Source of the DNA: Macrostomum lignano
Lineage: Eukaryota
Assembly: GCA_002269645.1 (NCBI GenBank)
Contig: NIVC01002001.1
Coordinates: 62,001-126,000, forward strand
Direction: 5' to 3'
Length of the DNA stretch: 64,000 nt
Below the pieces are notes generated by a model. That model saw nothing but the letters and a program-made list of their open reading frames with translations, was not told the origin of the DNA and made no database searches. Both the position numbers and the translations under genes were made by a program. Below are positions 36,591 through 49,679 of this stretch, in pieces; position 1 is the first letter of the stretch; each line of letters opens with the position of its first letter.

Positions 36591-37851
36591 CAGAGAAGCA
36601 GGGAGAGAAGCAAGGAGAAAAGCAGGAAGAGAAGCAGGGAGAGAAGCAGAGTGAGAAGCAGGGAGAGAAAAAAGGAGAAAAGCAGGGTGAGAAGCAGGGA
36701 GAGAAGCAGGGTGAGAAGCAAGGAGAGAAGCAGGGAGAGAAGCAAGGAGAAAAGCAGGGAGAGAAGCAAGGAGAAAAGCAGGGAGAGAATCAGGGTGAGA
36801 AGCAGGGAGAGAAGCAAGGAGAAAAGCAGGGAGAGAAGCAAGGAGAAAAGCTGGGAGAGAAGCAGGGTGAGAAGTAGGGAGAGAAGCAGGGAGAGAAGTA
36901 GGGAGAGAAGCAGGGAGTGAAAGCAAGGAGAAAAGCAGGGAGAGAAGCAGGGAGAGAGAAGCAGAGAGAGAAGTAGGGAGAGAAGCAGGGAAAGAAGCAG
37001 GGTGAGAAGCAGAGAGAGAAGCAAGGAGAAAAGCAGGGAGAGAAGCAAGGAGAAAAGCAGGGAGAGAAGCAAGGAGAAAAGCAGGGAGAGAAGCAAGGAG
37101 AAAAGCAGGGAGAGAAGCAGGGAGAGAAGCAGGGAGAGAAGCAAGGAGAAAAGCAGGGAGAGAAGCAAGGAGAAAAGCAGGGAGAGAAGCAGGGTGAGAA
37201 GCAGGGAGAAAAGCAGGGAGAGAAGCAGGGAGAAAAGCAGGGAGAGAAGCAGGGAGAAAAGCAGGGAGAGAAGCAGGGAGTGAAAGCAAGGAGAAAAGCA
37301 GGGAGAGAGAAGCAGGGAGAGAAGCAGGGAGAAAAGCAGGGAGAGAAGCAGGGAGTGAAAGCAAGGAGAAAAGCAGGGAGAGAGAAGCAGGGAGAGAAGC
37401 AGGGAGAAAAGCAAGGAGAAAAGCAGGGGGAGAAGAAAGGAGAAAAGCAGGGAGAGAGAAGCAGGGAGAGAAGCAGGGAGAGAAGTTGGGTGAGAAGCAG
37501 GGAGTGAAAGCAAGGAGAAAAGCAGGGAGAGAAGTTGGGTGAGAAGCAGGGAGTGAAAGCAAGGAGAAAAGCAGGGAGAGAGAAGCAGAGTGAGAAGCAG
37601 GGAGAGAAGCAGGGAGAGAAGAAAGGAGAAAAGCAGGGAGAAAAGCAGGGAGAGAAGCAGGGAGTGAAAGCAAGGAGAAAAGCAGGGAGAGAAGCAGAGA
37701 GAGAAGTTGGGTGAGAAGCAGGGAGTGAAAGCAAGGAGAAAAGCAGGGAGAGAAGCAGGGAGTGAAAGCAAGGAGAAAAGCAGGGAGAGAAGCAGAGAGA
37801 GAAGTTGGGTGAGAAGCAGGGAGTGAAAGCAAGGAGAAAAGCAGGGAGAGA
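36591..37851. repeat. GAGAAGCAGG(GA)/AAAAGCAGG-type purine-rich minisatellite, array 2
   Basis: 12-bp units, same family as 35258-35801. Confidence 0.93.
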
Positions 37852-38684
37852 TATAAGTTTAGAGTAATAATGGGGGCATTAGAAAAAGATAAATTTTCAG
37901 TGGAATCAGTTTGATAAACGTCAGTAGATTTATGGCTGGTAAATCGCTGCCCCAGTGCTGTCGAAATGATTGCCAACTCATTTCAGCCCAACCCCTTTGA
38001 GCAGCGCAGAGCTGCCCCCCCCCCCCTAGTATTAATCTTATTGAAGGCTGAAGGAAAAAGTGAGAGAGAGAGCGCGCTCACCTTGCCTAGTGATAATGCC
38101 TTTGGATCAATTTTCTTTCTTGAGAGATTTATGCCCCGTATACCATTCACCCCGAAAGCCGCCCAGAGCAGAAATTTTTTGTTACAATTTTTTGTGCATT
38201 GTAACAAAATACTATACGCGTTCTGTTTGCTGTCTATGCGCGAAGCAAAATAATAGAAGAGATTAGAGTGCATGTGCTGGGCGTGTACATGGCGTAAAAC
38301 ATATAGAAAATGCCTCAACTGTTTAATATGAATATATTCTTTCTGGGTAGAGGCTGGCACTAATGCTATCTCTGCTTTCTTTTTTTAGACACTCATCTTT
38401 ATTTCTGCATCTCTTATTCCTGAGAAATTGTTGCTTGAAGTGGAAAGAGAGCCTTCAATGCAGTTTTGGAAAATAAATCTTTCAGTGCATGCCCGAGATG
38501 AAAATTGCGATTTCTTTTTGTCCGGAGTGACTGACTTGCTGTGGAACACTATAATGTACATGTATATAGCCTTTTGATAATGTTATTTAATATGATAAAT
38601 CTATTCAGTAAATTGAAAATGTTCTTTTTGATAGGAATCCAGTTTGGCCTAGTTTAATGAAACGGTGATAGGGAGGCTGAAGGC

Positions 38685-39000
38685 AGGGTAGTAGTGAAGG
38701 GAAGTAGGGTAGCTAGTGAAGGGAAGTAGGGTAGCTAGTGAAGGGAAGTAGGGTAGCTAGTGAAGGGAAGTGGGGTAGCTAGTGAAGGGAAGTAGGGTAG
38801 CTAGTGAAGGGAAGTAGGGTAGCTAGTGAAGGGAAGTAGGGTAGCTAGTGAAGGGAATTAGGGTAGCTAGTGAAGAGAAGTAGGGTAGCTATGAAGGGAT
38901 ATAGGGTAGCTAGTGAATGGAATTAGGGTAGCTAGTGAAGGGAAGTAGGGTAGCTATGAAGGAAATCAGGGTAGCTATGAAGGGAATTAGGGTAGCTAGC
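38685..39000. repeat. 22-bp minisatellite (GTAGGGTAGCTAGTGAAGGGAA)
   Basis: Period of 22 (38704 to 38726). Confidence 0.92.
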
Positions 39001-41849
39001 TAGAGTAGCTAATTGAGGCAAGTAGGGTAGCTAGTAGTATTGTACTGCACATGTACGTTGAAGGGAGGAATGGTAGATAGTGAGGTGATTGAGCGGGGTA
39101 GCTCGAAGTTAGCTGTAGCTATTCAGGGAGTGACTTCCAATAAATATATAATTAAATTGACAAGTGACACTCGAGCTGTACCAAAAATAAATCGGAAATT
39201 AAATATATGGATATAAATACAAGCAGATCTATATATTTTTCGTTGCAGTTTTGAAAAAATACTCTCAAAGATCAAAGACCATTTCAAGCTACATATTTTT
39301 CAGTAATAGAATTACAGTATATGCGGGCTTTCACTTGTTGAAGTTGACATCAAATAATTGCGAATAATTGCGAAATGTCGGTTCGGAATTTCGTATTTAG
39401 ACCTAAGAACCATTCTGACAGGCCACATCAGTTTATGCAAATGCGCGCGCAATTTCCGTATTTGTTGCAGCTCTAGTCAGACGTGAAGCTATAAGCCATT
39501 AGAATTGGAAAATAATAGACGTTTGATCGATGATTAATTACAGTGTTTCCCATTAAATTCTATACATGTAGTCATCGCGTTTTCTGATTATAATCAAATA
39601 TCTATTTTTAGAACAAGAGAAAATTGTTGTGGTCCTCAAAAATAAAAAACTCAAAGTTCTTAAAGTTTTTGCCTCTGAAATCGCTTCTATATGATGTGGC
39701 CCATGGGTTAGAATAAATTTATTATGCGCCAATGCGTCGAGCCCGGACGGACGTCGATGGATCGAATTTTTAGTTTGAATTTTTAGCTTCTTTGAAATTC
39801 GCTAGTTGTACGATTAATTTTCAAAAGAGTTAAAATAACAATCTCTTTCTTTTTTGGCGAAATCCAGAACAGAAAAAATCCAAAATCATGTAGCTTGAAG
39901 TGGTTTATAAAACTTTAATAATGCTTTGAAGCATTATTTATACTACAATTTATTTGGATGTAATTAAGTTTGAAAAAATTTAACATCACAAAACGTGAGA
40001 TCCAGTTTATATCGTACCTGCTGGCTGACAGTCTGACAGAAACAATAAAGATTCGACTGATTTGTGTTGACGTAATTAGGACCTGCAACTGGGCCGTTTT
40101 GTTTCGAATAAAATGTTTGTTTTCTTAAGAACACTATTGAATTATGTCATGATATTACTTTTTATATCTGATTGTATCCATTTACAATTTGCAAACCCCA
40201 TATGGCATATTTGTAGAAATTACATCCTATCCAATTAAAATGGCAATGAAAAAGTGCAGTTCATTAGTTCATACCTTTTGTATTTTAATCATAACTTAAA
40301 AGGTCTTAAGCTGATTAGCTGGCAGTGAAAATACTGGCAACAACTGATCTTTATAGCCTTATTAAGCTTAATTATATGTTTTAAACTGGTTTTATCTCAG
40401 TCTCTATGTGACAAACATATTTTCTAAGAAATATGAATTGGGTGTTTGGATTAAGGATTGTTTTATAATGATATCTTGTTTAGTTTAGTAGGCTGAGGCT
40501 CTAGCTTGATTCTACCTGGTATACTTGAAGTTTTAAAAAAATTTAAATTTTTTAATTTTTTAATTTTAATTTTTTAAAAATTCAAGGTCAATACATTTGG
40601 CCCAATAACATTTATTTCATGCCAATGAAATTAAATTATGAGCTACTAACTTTTTGGCTAGCCAAAGAATAGCCAAATTTAAATAATGTAATAATTTTTA
40701 ATTGTCTAAATAGTATTATAACTAGTATAAGACTTTGTGAGTATGATATAATATAACTTTTAATGCATTTATTTCTAGATTGAAAATTTATTTGTTTTAA
40801 TGATATATATAGTGATATATAGAAGACTATCATAAATGCTTCATAAACTCAATGATAATTATTATAAAAGCCCTGCTAGTAGCTTTGAGGGCCCTGCCCT
40901 CTACCCCTTGGTTTTGATAGCCTTGCCCCTTGCCAATGTCTTTGATGGCCCTCCCCCTTACCCCCTTTGGCTTTGAGGGTTCTTCCCCAATTTAAATCTT
41001 CCAATCTTCCACAGTTAAAATTTGTTGCCAAATTTGTAGGAAGATTGAACCAATTTAAGCACTGACACTCAAATAAAAAGACTCCAGGCTCAGGGGAAAA
41101 TAGTTGTGATTTTGATGCTGTCTATTAGAATGGCTTGCAGACTAGACATACACTTGCAAATAAGGAGATTTAAGATTTTTTTTGAATACATTACTGTTTT
41201 CTAGATTTCTTGTATTTGCATAAGTAAGTTACTTCTAGTAGTAGGTCGCTACCACCACTGCAAAGTTGCAGAAAAGAATTTAGTTTGGCTCAATTAGAAT
41301 GAATTATAGCCCAGAAATCTTATTTAGTTACAATACATAGCAAGTTTTGCCTCTCAGAAAAATAAGAAGGTTCAAATATTGTCTAAAGCAACGATTGGCA
41401 AACTTTTTTGCTTGAAGGGCCAAATAAAGATACCAGCTCATGTCTTCGGGTCAGATGATAGAGGAAAAGAGAATGAATAGCTGAGAGATGAAAGAAGTGA
41501 AAAAAGATGAGAGAGATATGATGAGATATGGAATGAGAATAGATGAAGAGAGAAGAGTGCAGAGAGGAAGTAAGAGAGCTAAAAAGAGACACAAAAGCTT
41601 GAGCAGGCCGGATTCAAAGGATTCAAGAGCCAGATAGAGGGGGGGAGGCTTCGCGGGCCATAGTTTACCTACACTTGGTCTAAAGAACTCCCTTCTAGCC
41701 AGCACTGAGGGAAATTGCCTTAGGTAAAATATGTATTTCTAAACGCTATGAAAACTTTACTACACTGCTAGTTAAAATTACCCAATCTTGAATAGCTCTT
41801 ATAACGCAGTTGATATTGAAATTGCAGCAATTTTTTCCACTTCCAAACA

Positions 41850-42164
41850 ATGCCGGAATATCAGGTGCTCCGCTGTGTGCAGTGTAGCGCTTTCCAGGTG
41901 CACCAGTGCAAACAGGCAGCCGCCAAGCGTTGGCAGTGCAGTCTGTGCGGACTCAAGCAGTCCTATTTGCGAGTCTATGCTCAGGGCGCGGCGAAGGCTT
42001 GTCGCGAGGCTGCTCAATCGTTTAACATGCGCAGAGGAGAGGCTGAACAGGCAGCTGCTCAGGAGGAGGCTGATTATGCTCACACTGATGAAGCTCAGAG
42101 TCAGCAGCAGCAATCTGAGAAGCCGCAACAGGATTCGAAAATTGATTGGAATGTTTTTCTGTGA
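41850..42164 (+). CDS. MRNIP: MRN complex-interacting protein (zinc-ribbon, C5orf45 family), single exon, 104 aa
   Basis: YQVLRCVQCSAFQVHQCK...KRWQCSLCGLKQSYLRVYAQG..KACR..AQSFN matches the MRNIP N-terminal CxxC...CxxC domain. Ends in a SKIDWNVFL motif. Confidence 0.85.
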   Translation: MPEYQVLRCVQCSAFQVHQCKQAAAKRWQCSLCGLKQSYLRVYAQGAAKACREAAQSFNMRRGEAEQAAAQEEADYAHTDEAQSQQQQSEKPQQDSKIDWNVFL

Positions 42165-42429
42165 AAAAATGATGGACTTTTTAATCTTCTTTTCCTGAAC
42201 ATTCTGTCATTAGTAGTATTTTTAGTAGTAGTAGTATAATCAGTGGCGCTTTTTCAATAAATACATTACAGGTAATTGCTCATCAATTTGTTTCAAATTC
42301 AAGACAAGCAGTTTCTTGTAAAAAAAGTCACACTTTAGATGATTTATTTAAGCTGTTCAAAAAATTCGAAAAATAACACTCCTTCAGAGTCTATAATCTG
42401 TTCCTTTTGCTCTGATTCCGCAACATCGG

Positions 42430-42670
42430 ATTTGCATCTGTAGGCTCTGCAATCCACTCTTCAGTATCTGCAGCCCTTTCTTTAGACTCTGTTAGGGTCT
42501 GCAACCCACTCTTCAGACTGTTGGGTCTGCAACCCGCTCTTCAGACTCTGTAAAGTCAGCAACCCACTCTTCAGGCTTCGTAAGGTCTGCAACCCGCTCT
42601 TTAAGCTCTGTAGGGTCTGCAACCCGCTTTTTAAGCCCTGTGGGGTCTGCAAACCACTCTTCAGGGTCGG
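42430..42670. repeat. Degenerate ~30-bp repeat (GGGTCTGCAACCCACTCTTCAGACTCTGTA)
   Basis: About 7 diverged units. Confidence 0.75.
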
Positions 42671-43353
42671 TTGGGTCTTTCGATCTACATGATTTATCTA
42701 TCTCGCACTAAGTAATGTCTATTTAATTTAACGATTTTCGATGATTGGCACGAACCTTTATTACTCTCAATGTACACAGCGTATAATTTGAATGTTTCAT
42801 AGTGGGTAGCAAAAGCAAAAGTTAAACAGCGATCTATCTTCGGGCAGGCAAGCATTGCACTCCTTTTCTCTCGTATTGGGCCGGAAATCGAAATGCGGAA
42901 ACTTGGATTAGCAGACCCGACGGCTCCCAGCTCCGGGGGTCAGTCAGTATTGGATTGGGCAGATTTGAACGTTGTAGTGGAGAGAATTGAGTGAAATGTA
43001 GTCGTAGAATTGAATGATTGAACTCTTTGTGCTTAGCTGCAAAGCCTGCCTGGAATCCACAGGGTTAGAAACGAATTAAAAAGAGTGTGTAGGATATAGG
43101 ATTTGAAATAGAATTTGCCTTCTGAGAAAAATTGCGAGGCTTATTGAGACTCAAAGTCCTGCTAGTTGGTAGTTCTGGGAATCGCGCCCTCTGATTGGCA
43201 GATGGTCCCGTGTCTCCATTTTCTCGCCTTTGTCCTCCGCTCTCTTTGGACTAAAAATTTTTCTGTTCAAGTAGAAGCAGAGCTAAAAAGGATTCAGAAA
43301 TCGGTTGTCTTTTCTACATCGAATTCTCTTTGCAAAGAAAGACACCGAGGTAA

Positions 43354-46300
43354 ATGCTAGCAGCAAATTCTGCAGCAATGTTAATTGTTACATTTATCAC
43401 AGTCGTTTGTTTAGCAGTTGCATCGGTATCCGCTGATTCAGGTGGTAATAACAAGCCCAACTCAAGTTGGTGCGACAGCCTGCCCCCGTAATCAGGGCTG
43501 CCAACACCAGCTCTGAAGCGGAGTTCGTAGCTCGCTTATTAGCCGGCTACGAGAAGCATCATCGACCGCCGAATTGTCGCGACGGTACCAAAGTAGCTTC
43601 ATCTACGGCTACAATTGTACGGATCAACATTTTTGTGAACAGTATCAGCTCTGTGAGCGTAGTCGACATGGACTATTCTGTTGATATGTTCCTCCGACAG
43701 CGATGGACCGATCCTAGACTTCGATTCACCTCTACGAGTGACAAAGAGGTGCTCTCATTGAACTACATGCGCGACAGGCTCTGGATTCCTGATCTGTTCT
43801 TCCGCAACGCCAAGGAAGGCAGGCTGCACACTATCACTACGCCTAACCTGCTCTTGTGGGTCTATCCAGACTGGGGCAGCGTCCTATTCAGTCAGAAGCT
43901 GTCTGTGAAGCTCGACTGCCCAATGACGCTGTGGAACTTTCCGATGGACAGTCAGGTGTGCCGAGTTGAGATGGGCAGCTATGGCTACTCGCTAGACCAA
44001 CTGGAGCTCGTCTGGAATGAAGACCAACAAGTGGAACTAAACCGCAAGATGCAAGTCAACGAGTTTGAATTTCCACGTTTAAGACACGGAGCTTGCATGA
44101 AAGCCTATAATAGTACTGGCAGATTTGCCTGCCTCTATCTGGAGTTTCATCTGGTTAGGAAGTTTGGCTTCTATTTGATCTACACGTATCTGCCATCTAT
44201 ACTTGTGGTGATGCTGTCGTGGGTGTCCTTCTGGATCGACTATCAGGCTGTGCCGGCCAGAATATCCCTGGGCCTGCTGTCAATTTTGGCACTGATTACG
44301 CAGGCTGCCGCAACTCTGCAGAAATTGCCGAGGGTCTCCTACATCAAGGGTGAGAATAATGGAATATATTTTCTAGTTAATGAGTAGATAATTTATTGAT
44401 TGTCAGCGGCCAAGGTCCGAAAATCCATACAAAACCAGTGTCGAGGTCCAAAAATCCATGGTGACTCTATTGCAATTGAATGCTATTGTCAATGCTTGTT
44501 CCGGGGCAATATGTTTTGTTTTCCGTCGTTTTGAACGCATTTCCTATGCAACAGATTTGAGTGTCATTGATTTTTCACATTTTTCTGCACCGACTAAAAG
44601 TGAGTTTTTTAGTTTTTCTGTTGAAAAGTTTATCCTTAGCAACCAAAATCATTTAACAAAGCTCGATTGAATGAAGCAAAAATGACGAAAATTTTCCTGC
44701 AAACTTTTTGCACAGCCAGCCAGCCCTTAAAAGTAATCGAGACTTTTTATGTCAACTACCTGCCTGAGTCCCTTTAGCTAGGCAAGTTTTTAACAAAATC
44801 TGAGTTTCAATTTCGTCGTTTTCTAGCACTTATAAAGACAGAGAGGAAGGTTGTTAAATGTTTTGAATGTTTTCGATTTCAAAGCTTGGCATGAATAGTA
44901 TCTCGTGTTCCAGGATGCAACAAAGACATAAAGCATGATTTCTTGTTTTCAATCGATTCAAGTGACCAAATGCACCTGGGTCAAATTACAATAGATTGAA
45001 ATCGTGAATTGGTTGGGTCAAAGCTTAATTAACAAGTTTAAAACATGAAAAAATGACTGTGCTAATTTTAGTTAGCTCGTAGCTACTAGCAATCTTGTGC
45101 CCCACTTTGTGGCGGCCAATAAGCGGAGGGACGATTATTGTGCATCCTATTTGCATTTACATCTTAGCAATTCTATTCCCCCTGTAAGCCTTGACATCTT
45201 AGCAATTCCTCCAAGCCTGGGCATCTCCTTATGTTTCATTACACTTGTTTTGATGTTTGAATGACGCTTCTTTTTTGTTTTACATGGTGTCTCGTTTATG
45301 TTTGACATTATACTTCTTGTATGTTTTACATGACGCTGCTTTTATGCTTTTACAAGCGTATTGTTGGTAGGGTCCTGGGCGGAAATGACAGCAAGATTGG
45401 TTCAAGTGTGACATCCTGAGTCAAACGCAAATCACAAACACTCGGGGCTTGTTCACATCGCCATCGTGTTGGTTTTGAAATGAAGACGTCAACGTATTGT
45501 CAAAGAAGACGCCTGCTGCGTCGACCCTGTCAAGGTGCTTCAGGGAATTGATATAATCGAATACTTTGCGATGATGAGCTACGAGCGTATTGTTGACTTT
45601 GGCGGCGTCATTAGCCTCCTCGCTTTTGTCAACGTTTACCATTTTCGTTGCGCGCTTCTGCTAGTCCAGATTTTGCTGACTTCTGAGCATACATAATGGC
45701 GTTGGATAGAAAAATAGAAATACAAGTAAAAACCTAGTCAAAGAAAATTCTCCAAAATTTTAACGTAGGTTAAAATAAATTCTCGAACGCAAACAAAGTA
45801 TTCGAGAGTTGGCTCTAGGTTATTATTTTCGGACCCCCAGGACAGTTGAATTTCGGCTTGCTTCATGTACGAGTATATTTGATGAATTTTGCTAGAATTT
45901 CTATTATGGCCCTATCGTCTTGAGTCATTAGGTAAAATACTTTCTCCTCTTCACTACGGGAAGGCTTATAAACTTCAAAAATTATTCAGAAATTTTCTTG
46001 TTCAAATTTATCGCAGGTAGCACTATACTATAGAGGTTCCCTCCAACTAGAATTATACAGGAAGTGAACTTCGGGTCCATGAGATTTGGCCGCCGAGAAT
46101 TGCCCGCCGAGATTTGCCTGCAATGATGTAGTAGAGAATGGCTATGAGTGCACCAATGTTTTTGACCGAGCTAGACTTCTTTGGCAAAGAAGTCTAGCTC
46201 GTACCAGCTCGTATGGCAGCAGTATTTAAGGTGCTTGATAACTATAGTACTGCTTATAGTGCTATTGTTGCTTCATCTCATAGCTGCCTCGCAGCTCTCT

Positions 46301-49300
46301 GGCTTCGTAGTAAGATTTTTTTCTTCAACACACGCGCGCGCTTTCATGCCCGGAAGAGGAAGCGCCTAAGACAGATGGAGTTTCACAGCCGCCTCCGTGC
46401 GTTCACACACGACAGCTTAAGCCTGGCTGCCATCGCCTGCGCTCTATACCTGTTGGGTTTCCATGAATTATTCAAAGCCGCGGTGAGTGAACGCGATGGC
46501 GAGAAATGGGGGGGGGGCGAGCAGTTTCACCCATGCCTGCCTCCTACCATACGGAAGCGTTCCTCGCTTGCAGCATCGGAGCAGCAGCAGCAGCAACTGA
46601 AATTGTTGCTAGCGAAGAAACTACGAAGCCAGAAGAAACTTTAACTTTGGCTTGGCCTGTCTGGGAGAGAAAAGAAAAAGAAGAAAGACAGTCTTGCTGT
46701 ACGGAAACTGTCGCCCACTTGAGTTTTCATCATGCATCAGTTATTTTGGCTGAAAAACTACAAGTAAAATTTGCTGATAAAGATTTACTAAATCGCAATG
46801 GAAAATACTCAACAAGTTTATCGCAGTATTGTCAATAACTTTATCCTCGTTTTGTTACCTTCATACTCTTTGGGTATTTAAGGTGAAAATAGCTACCTGA
46901 GTATGGGAGAATGATGCAGTTCTACCTGAGTATGGGAGAATGATGCAGTTCTACCTGAGTATGGGAGAATGATGCAGTTCTACCTGAGTATGGGAGAATG
47001 ATGCAGTTCTACCTGAGTATGGTAGAATGATGCAGTTCTACCTGAGTATGGGAGAATGATGCAGTTCTACCTGAGTATGGGAGAATGATGCAGTTCTACC
47101 TGAGTATGGGAGAATGATACAGTTGCCTAAGCTAAGGAAATCATCCAACCAGTCACCTGGCTTTGGTGGCTTGGCATGTGCTTGAGTAGAAGTTCTGAAT
47201 GCTACTCACGTTGTAAAACTGGCACTGTAAGTGTTGCTATTACAAAACCAGCGTCAAGTGTCTTTCTGTACTTGGAAATCTTGTTTAACGAACTTCCTAA
47301 GGGTAGGCTAGCATTCTATTACCGGTAGGCAACTACTCCAATGTAAGCACCTCTATAACATATGATCTGTACGCGAACACTGTCTCCTATCTTTGGCAAC
47401 ACCTTTTGTGTCATGCTCTTGTGAGTTCCTTTGGGAGGGCTGCTTGTTGGCACTTCATAACCCAGCATTGATAGTGGAAAATACTTCAAAGTCAGTATAG
47501 CTTGGCTGCTTCAAAATATTGTCGATTTCGGGTCTTATGAATCCTACCTATCGTTGGTCTTTAGCTAACTATATAGTCACCATGCGTTTTTGCATCGTCA
47601 CAACAGAGTTCACCAGAATTCATAGCTAACAACACACTCTCTTCTAAAGTACTTTGTTGCTTTGTTTTGTAAAAATTGCATGCAATCCATAGAGCTAAAT
47701 ACAGAGCAGAACAAACAACGTAGTTTGAATGTAAAAAATGTTAAGTAGTCTATTAGTTGTTCTTATTTTAATTTTATTTGGGAGTTTCGATAAAGTCTCG
47801 CAAGCAAACGGAGCATTCGAGAATCGGCTAGAGATATTTTTTCCGGTACCTGTGTGTGTTGCATTCCAGCTTGTCATGTATATTTGATGAATTCTGCTAG
47901 TTTCTATTGCGTCTCTATCATTAATTAATATACTTTGTCCTCTTCAGTAAGGTTTTTTTTTAATTTGAAACCTTATTCGAGATGTCCTGCTCAGATTTAT
48001 CCCGGGAAGCAACAATAAAAGTTACAACTGAACTTAAACAGGAAGTGAACTTCTCGGCACTTTGTACAGGTCCTATTCTTGTAAAGGGTCTTTGGTCTCG
48101 CAGTCCTCATTGTTTTGCAGGCTAGTTTATGGTTTGCTAATCTAAACTGGGAATCGAACCCATGGGCTTAGGAGCCACTGATAGGCTCATTTTGCACCAC
48201 TAAATCAGTTAAAGTGCCTCACCTTTCTTTTGCCCACAAAGCGTTGTAGCCTAGTGGTTAGGGCGTCGATTCCCGACCCACTCGGAACAGTTTGTGTCCT
48301 TGAGCAAGGCACTTAACTCTGCATTGCTTCAGTTCACCCAGCTGTAAAATGGGTGCCAGCATTAGCTGGGGTAATTGAGGCTGTGTGTGGCGACCCCCCA
48401 GTCCTTGGACTGAACAGCCGTACGCAGCCTTCAAATGCGCCGCGCAATAGCTGCGGCTGAGCTGTCGGTTGCACATCTGCTCATTAGGGCAGGTGCAGCT
48501 AATCAAATATTATTGCCCACCATACAAGCTTTTCTCGTCACACTCTATATCATCTACTTTTAGTAGGTATTACTTGCTTTATATGCAATTCCGAAGTAAA
48601 TTCCGAAGTAAAAAGGGCAGGCCTACTGAGCAGTCTCTTATCTGCAATAAGTTTTAGCCATTTTTACTCGCAAAAATCCTGAACTTTCAACTCTTTTATC
48701 GATTTGTTTTCCTTCCTTACCCAAACCCCGCCCGAACAGTCCTTCCGTTTTACCTGCCCGCAATGAGACGGAACTCTCTCAACAGCAACCGAACCCTCGC
48801 CTCCTGCAGCCATCGATGTCTGGCTATTTGCCTGCCTGGCCTTTGTTGTCCTCTCTCTACTGGAGTTCTCCCTGGTCAACGTGCTCACTCGCCGGCGGAC
48901 CTGCAGCAGCCGTCAGCAGCGACGTAGGCAGCAGTTCCGTTGTCATGGTAACGGACTTCACCGTCTACGCCGAACGGTCAGCAACAGCCTGGCAACCGGC
49001 GAGCAGACGCCGGAGAGTCCGCTGCTACTGCGGAAGCGACTCCTGCTGACGCCCGAGCTGGAGACGTCGCGTCAGCGAGGCTTGGACGACGATGCCTACC
49101 AACCACCGGCTGAAGGCTTCGACATTGACGAAGAAAATGGAGACAACTTCGACGGGCTGAATGACGGCTCATTCGGTGACACGTCGGTACCTTCGCCGCC
49201 GCCACGGGTTGCCATGACAACGCCCGGCTGGCCGGGACCAATCGGGTTTGGATCGGCCTGCAGACAGACTCGCAGACGTCGCTGGAGACGAGAACACCAA

Positions 49301-49504
49301 AGCCGACTGCGAGGCTGCAGTGCAGGGCAGCTGCAGCAGCAACACCAGCTCAGACACGCCAGTCTGCAGTGGCTCACAGCCCAGCAGCTCGATCGCGTGT
49401 CAATATTTCTGTTCCCATTCAGTTTTGCCGCCTTCAATGCCGCTTATTGGGTGTACTTTCTAGTGCTCAGTTCGCATAGTAACGAGGGTTCGCTTTTTGA
49501 GTAA
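43354..49504 (+). CDS. Anion-selective Cys-loop ligand-gated ion channel subunit (GluCl/GlyR-like)
   Basis: Signal peptide from ATG 43354. Extracellular domain to M2 runs to the donor at 44349 (AAGG|gtgaga). Last exon 48810-49504 carries M3 (AIDVWLFACLAFVVLSLLEF) and M4 (LDRVSIFLFPFSFAAFNAAYW). Motifs: FLRQRWTD, LWIPDLFF, Cys-loop CPMTLWNFPMDSQVC, loop-C pair CMKAYNSTGRFAC, and the PAR selectivity motif. The junction between signal peptide and mature domain (43441-43519) is unresolved. Confidence 0.92.
46895..47123. repeat. 29-bp minisatellite (ACCTGAGTATGGGAGAATGATGCAGTTCT) in the channel-gene intron
   Basis: 8 near-identical copies, period 29. Confidence 0.95.
48241..48480 (+). mobile_element. 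tRNA-derived CORE-SINE (MIR-like core), head partly deleted
   Basis: A box TAGCCTAGTGG at 48247-48257 and degenerate B box GTCGATTCC at 48265-48273. TGTGTCCTTGAGCAAGGCACTTAACTC...CAGTTCACCCAGCTGTAAAATGGG resembles the CORE domain. The 3' end is approximate. Confidence 0.7.
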
Positions 49505-49679
49505 ATTTTGTTCTGTAAACTAGATGTTAACGGGGAATTTGCAAAAATGGATTCCATTGTCTATGGTAAAAGCACACATAAACACTCTTTGATTCCCCAA
49601 TGAGCTATAGCTCTCAAGCAAGGAGAGCTCATCCTTGGTCTCTCCTTGGTCACAGAACTTAGACTTAGATTATGAACTT

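Noticed and set aside
37966-41705. Short ORFs in the AT-rich intergenic stretch
   Set aside because: Their length and composition are as expected by chance, with no splice or homology support.
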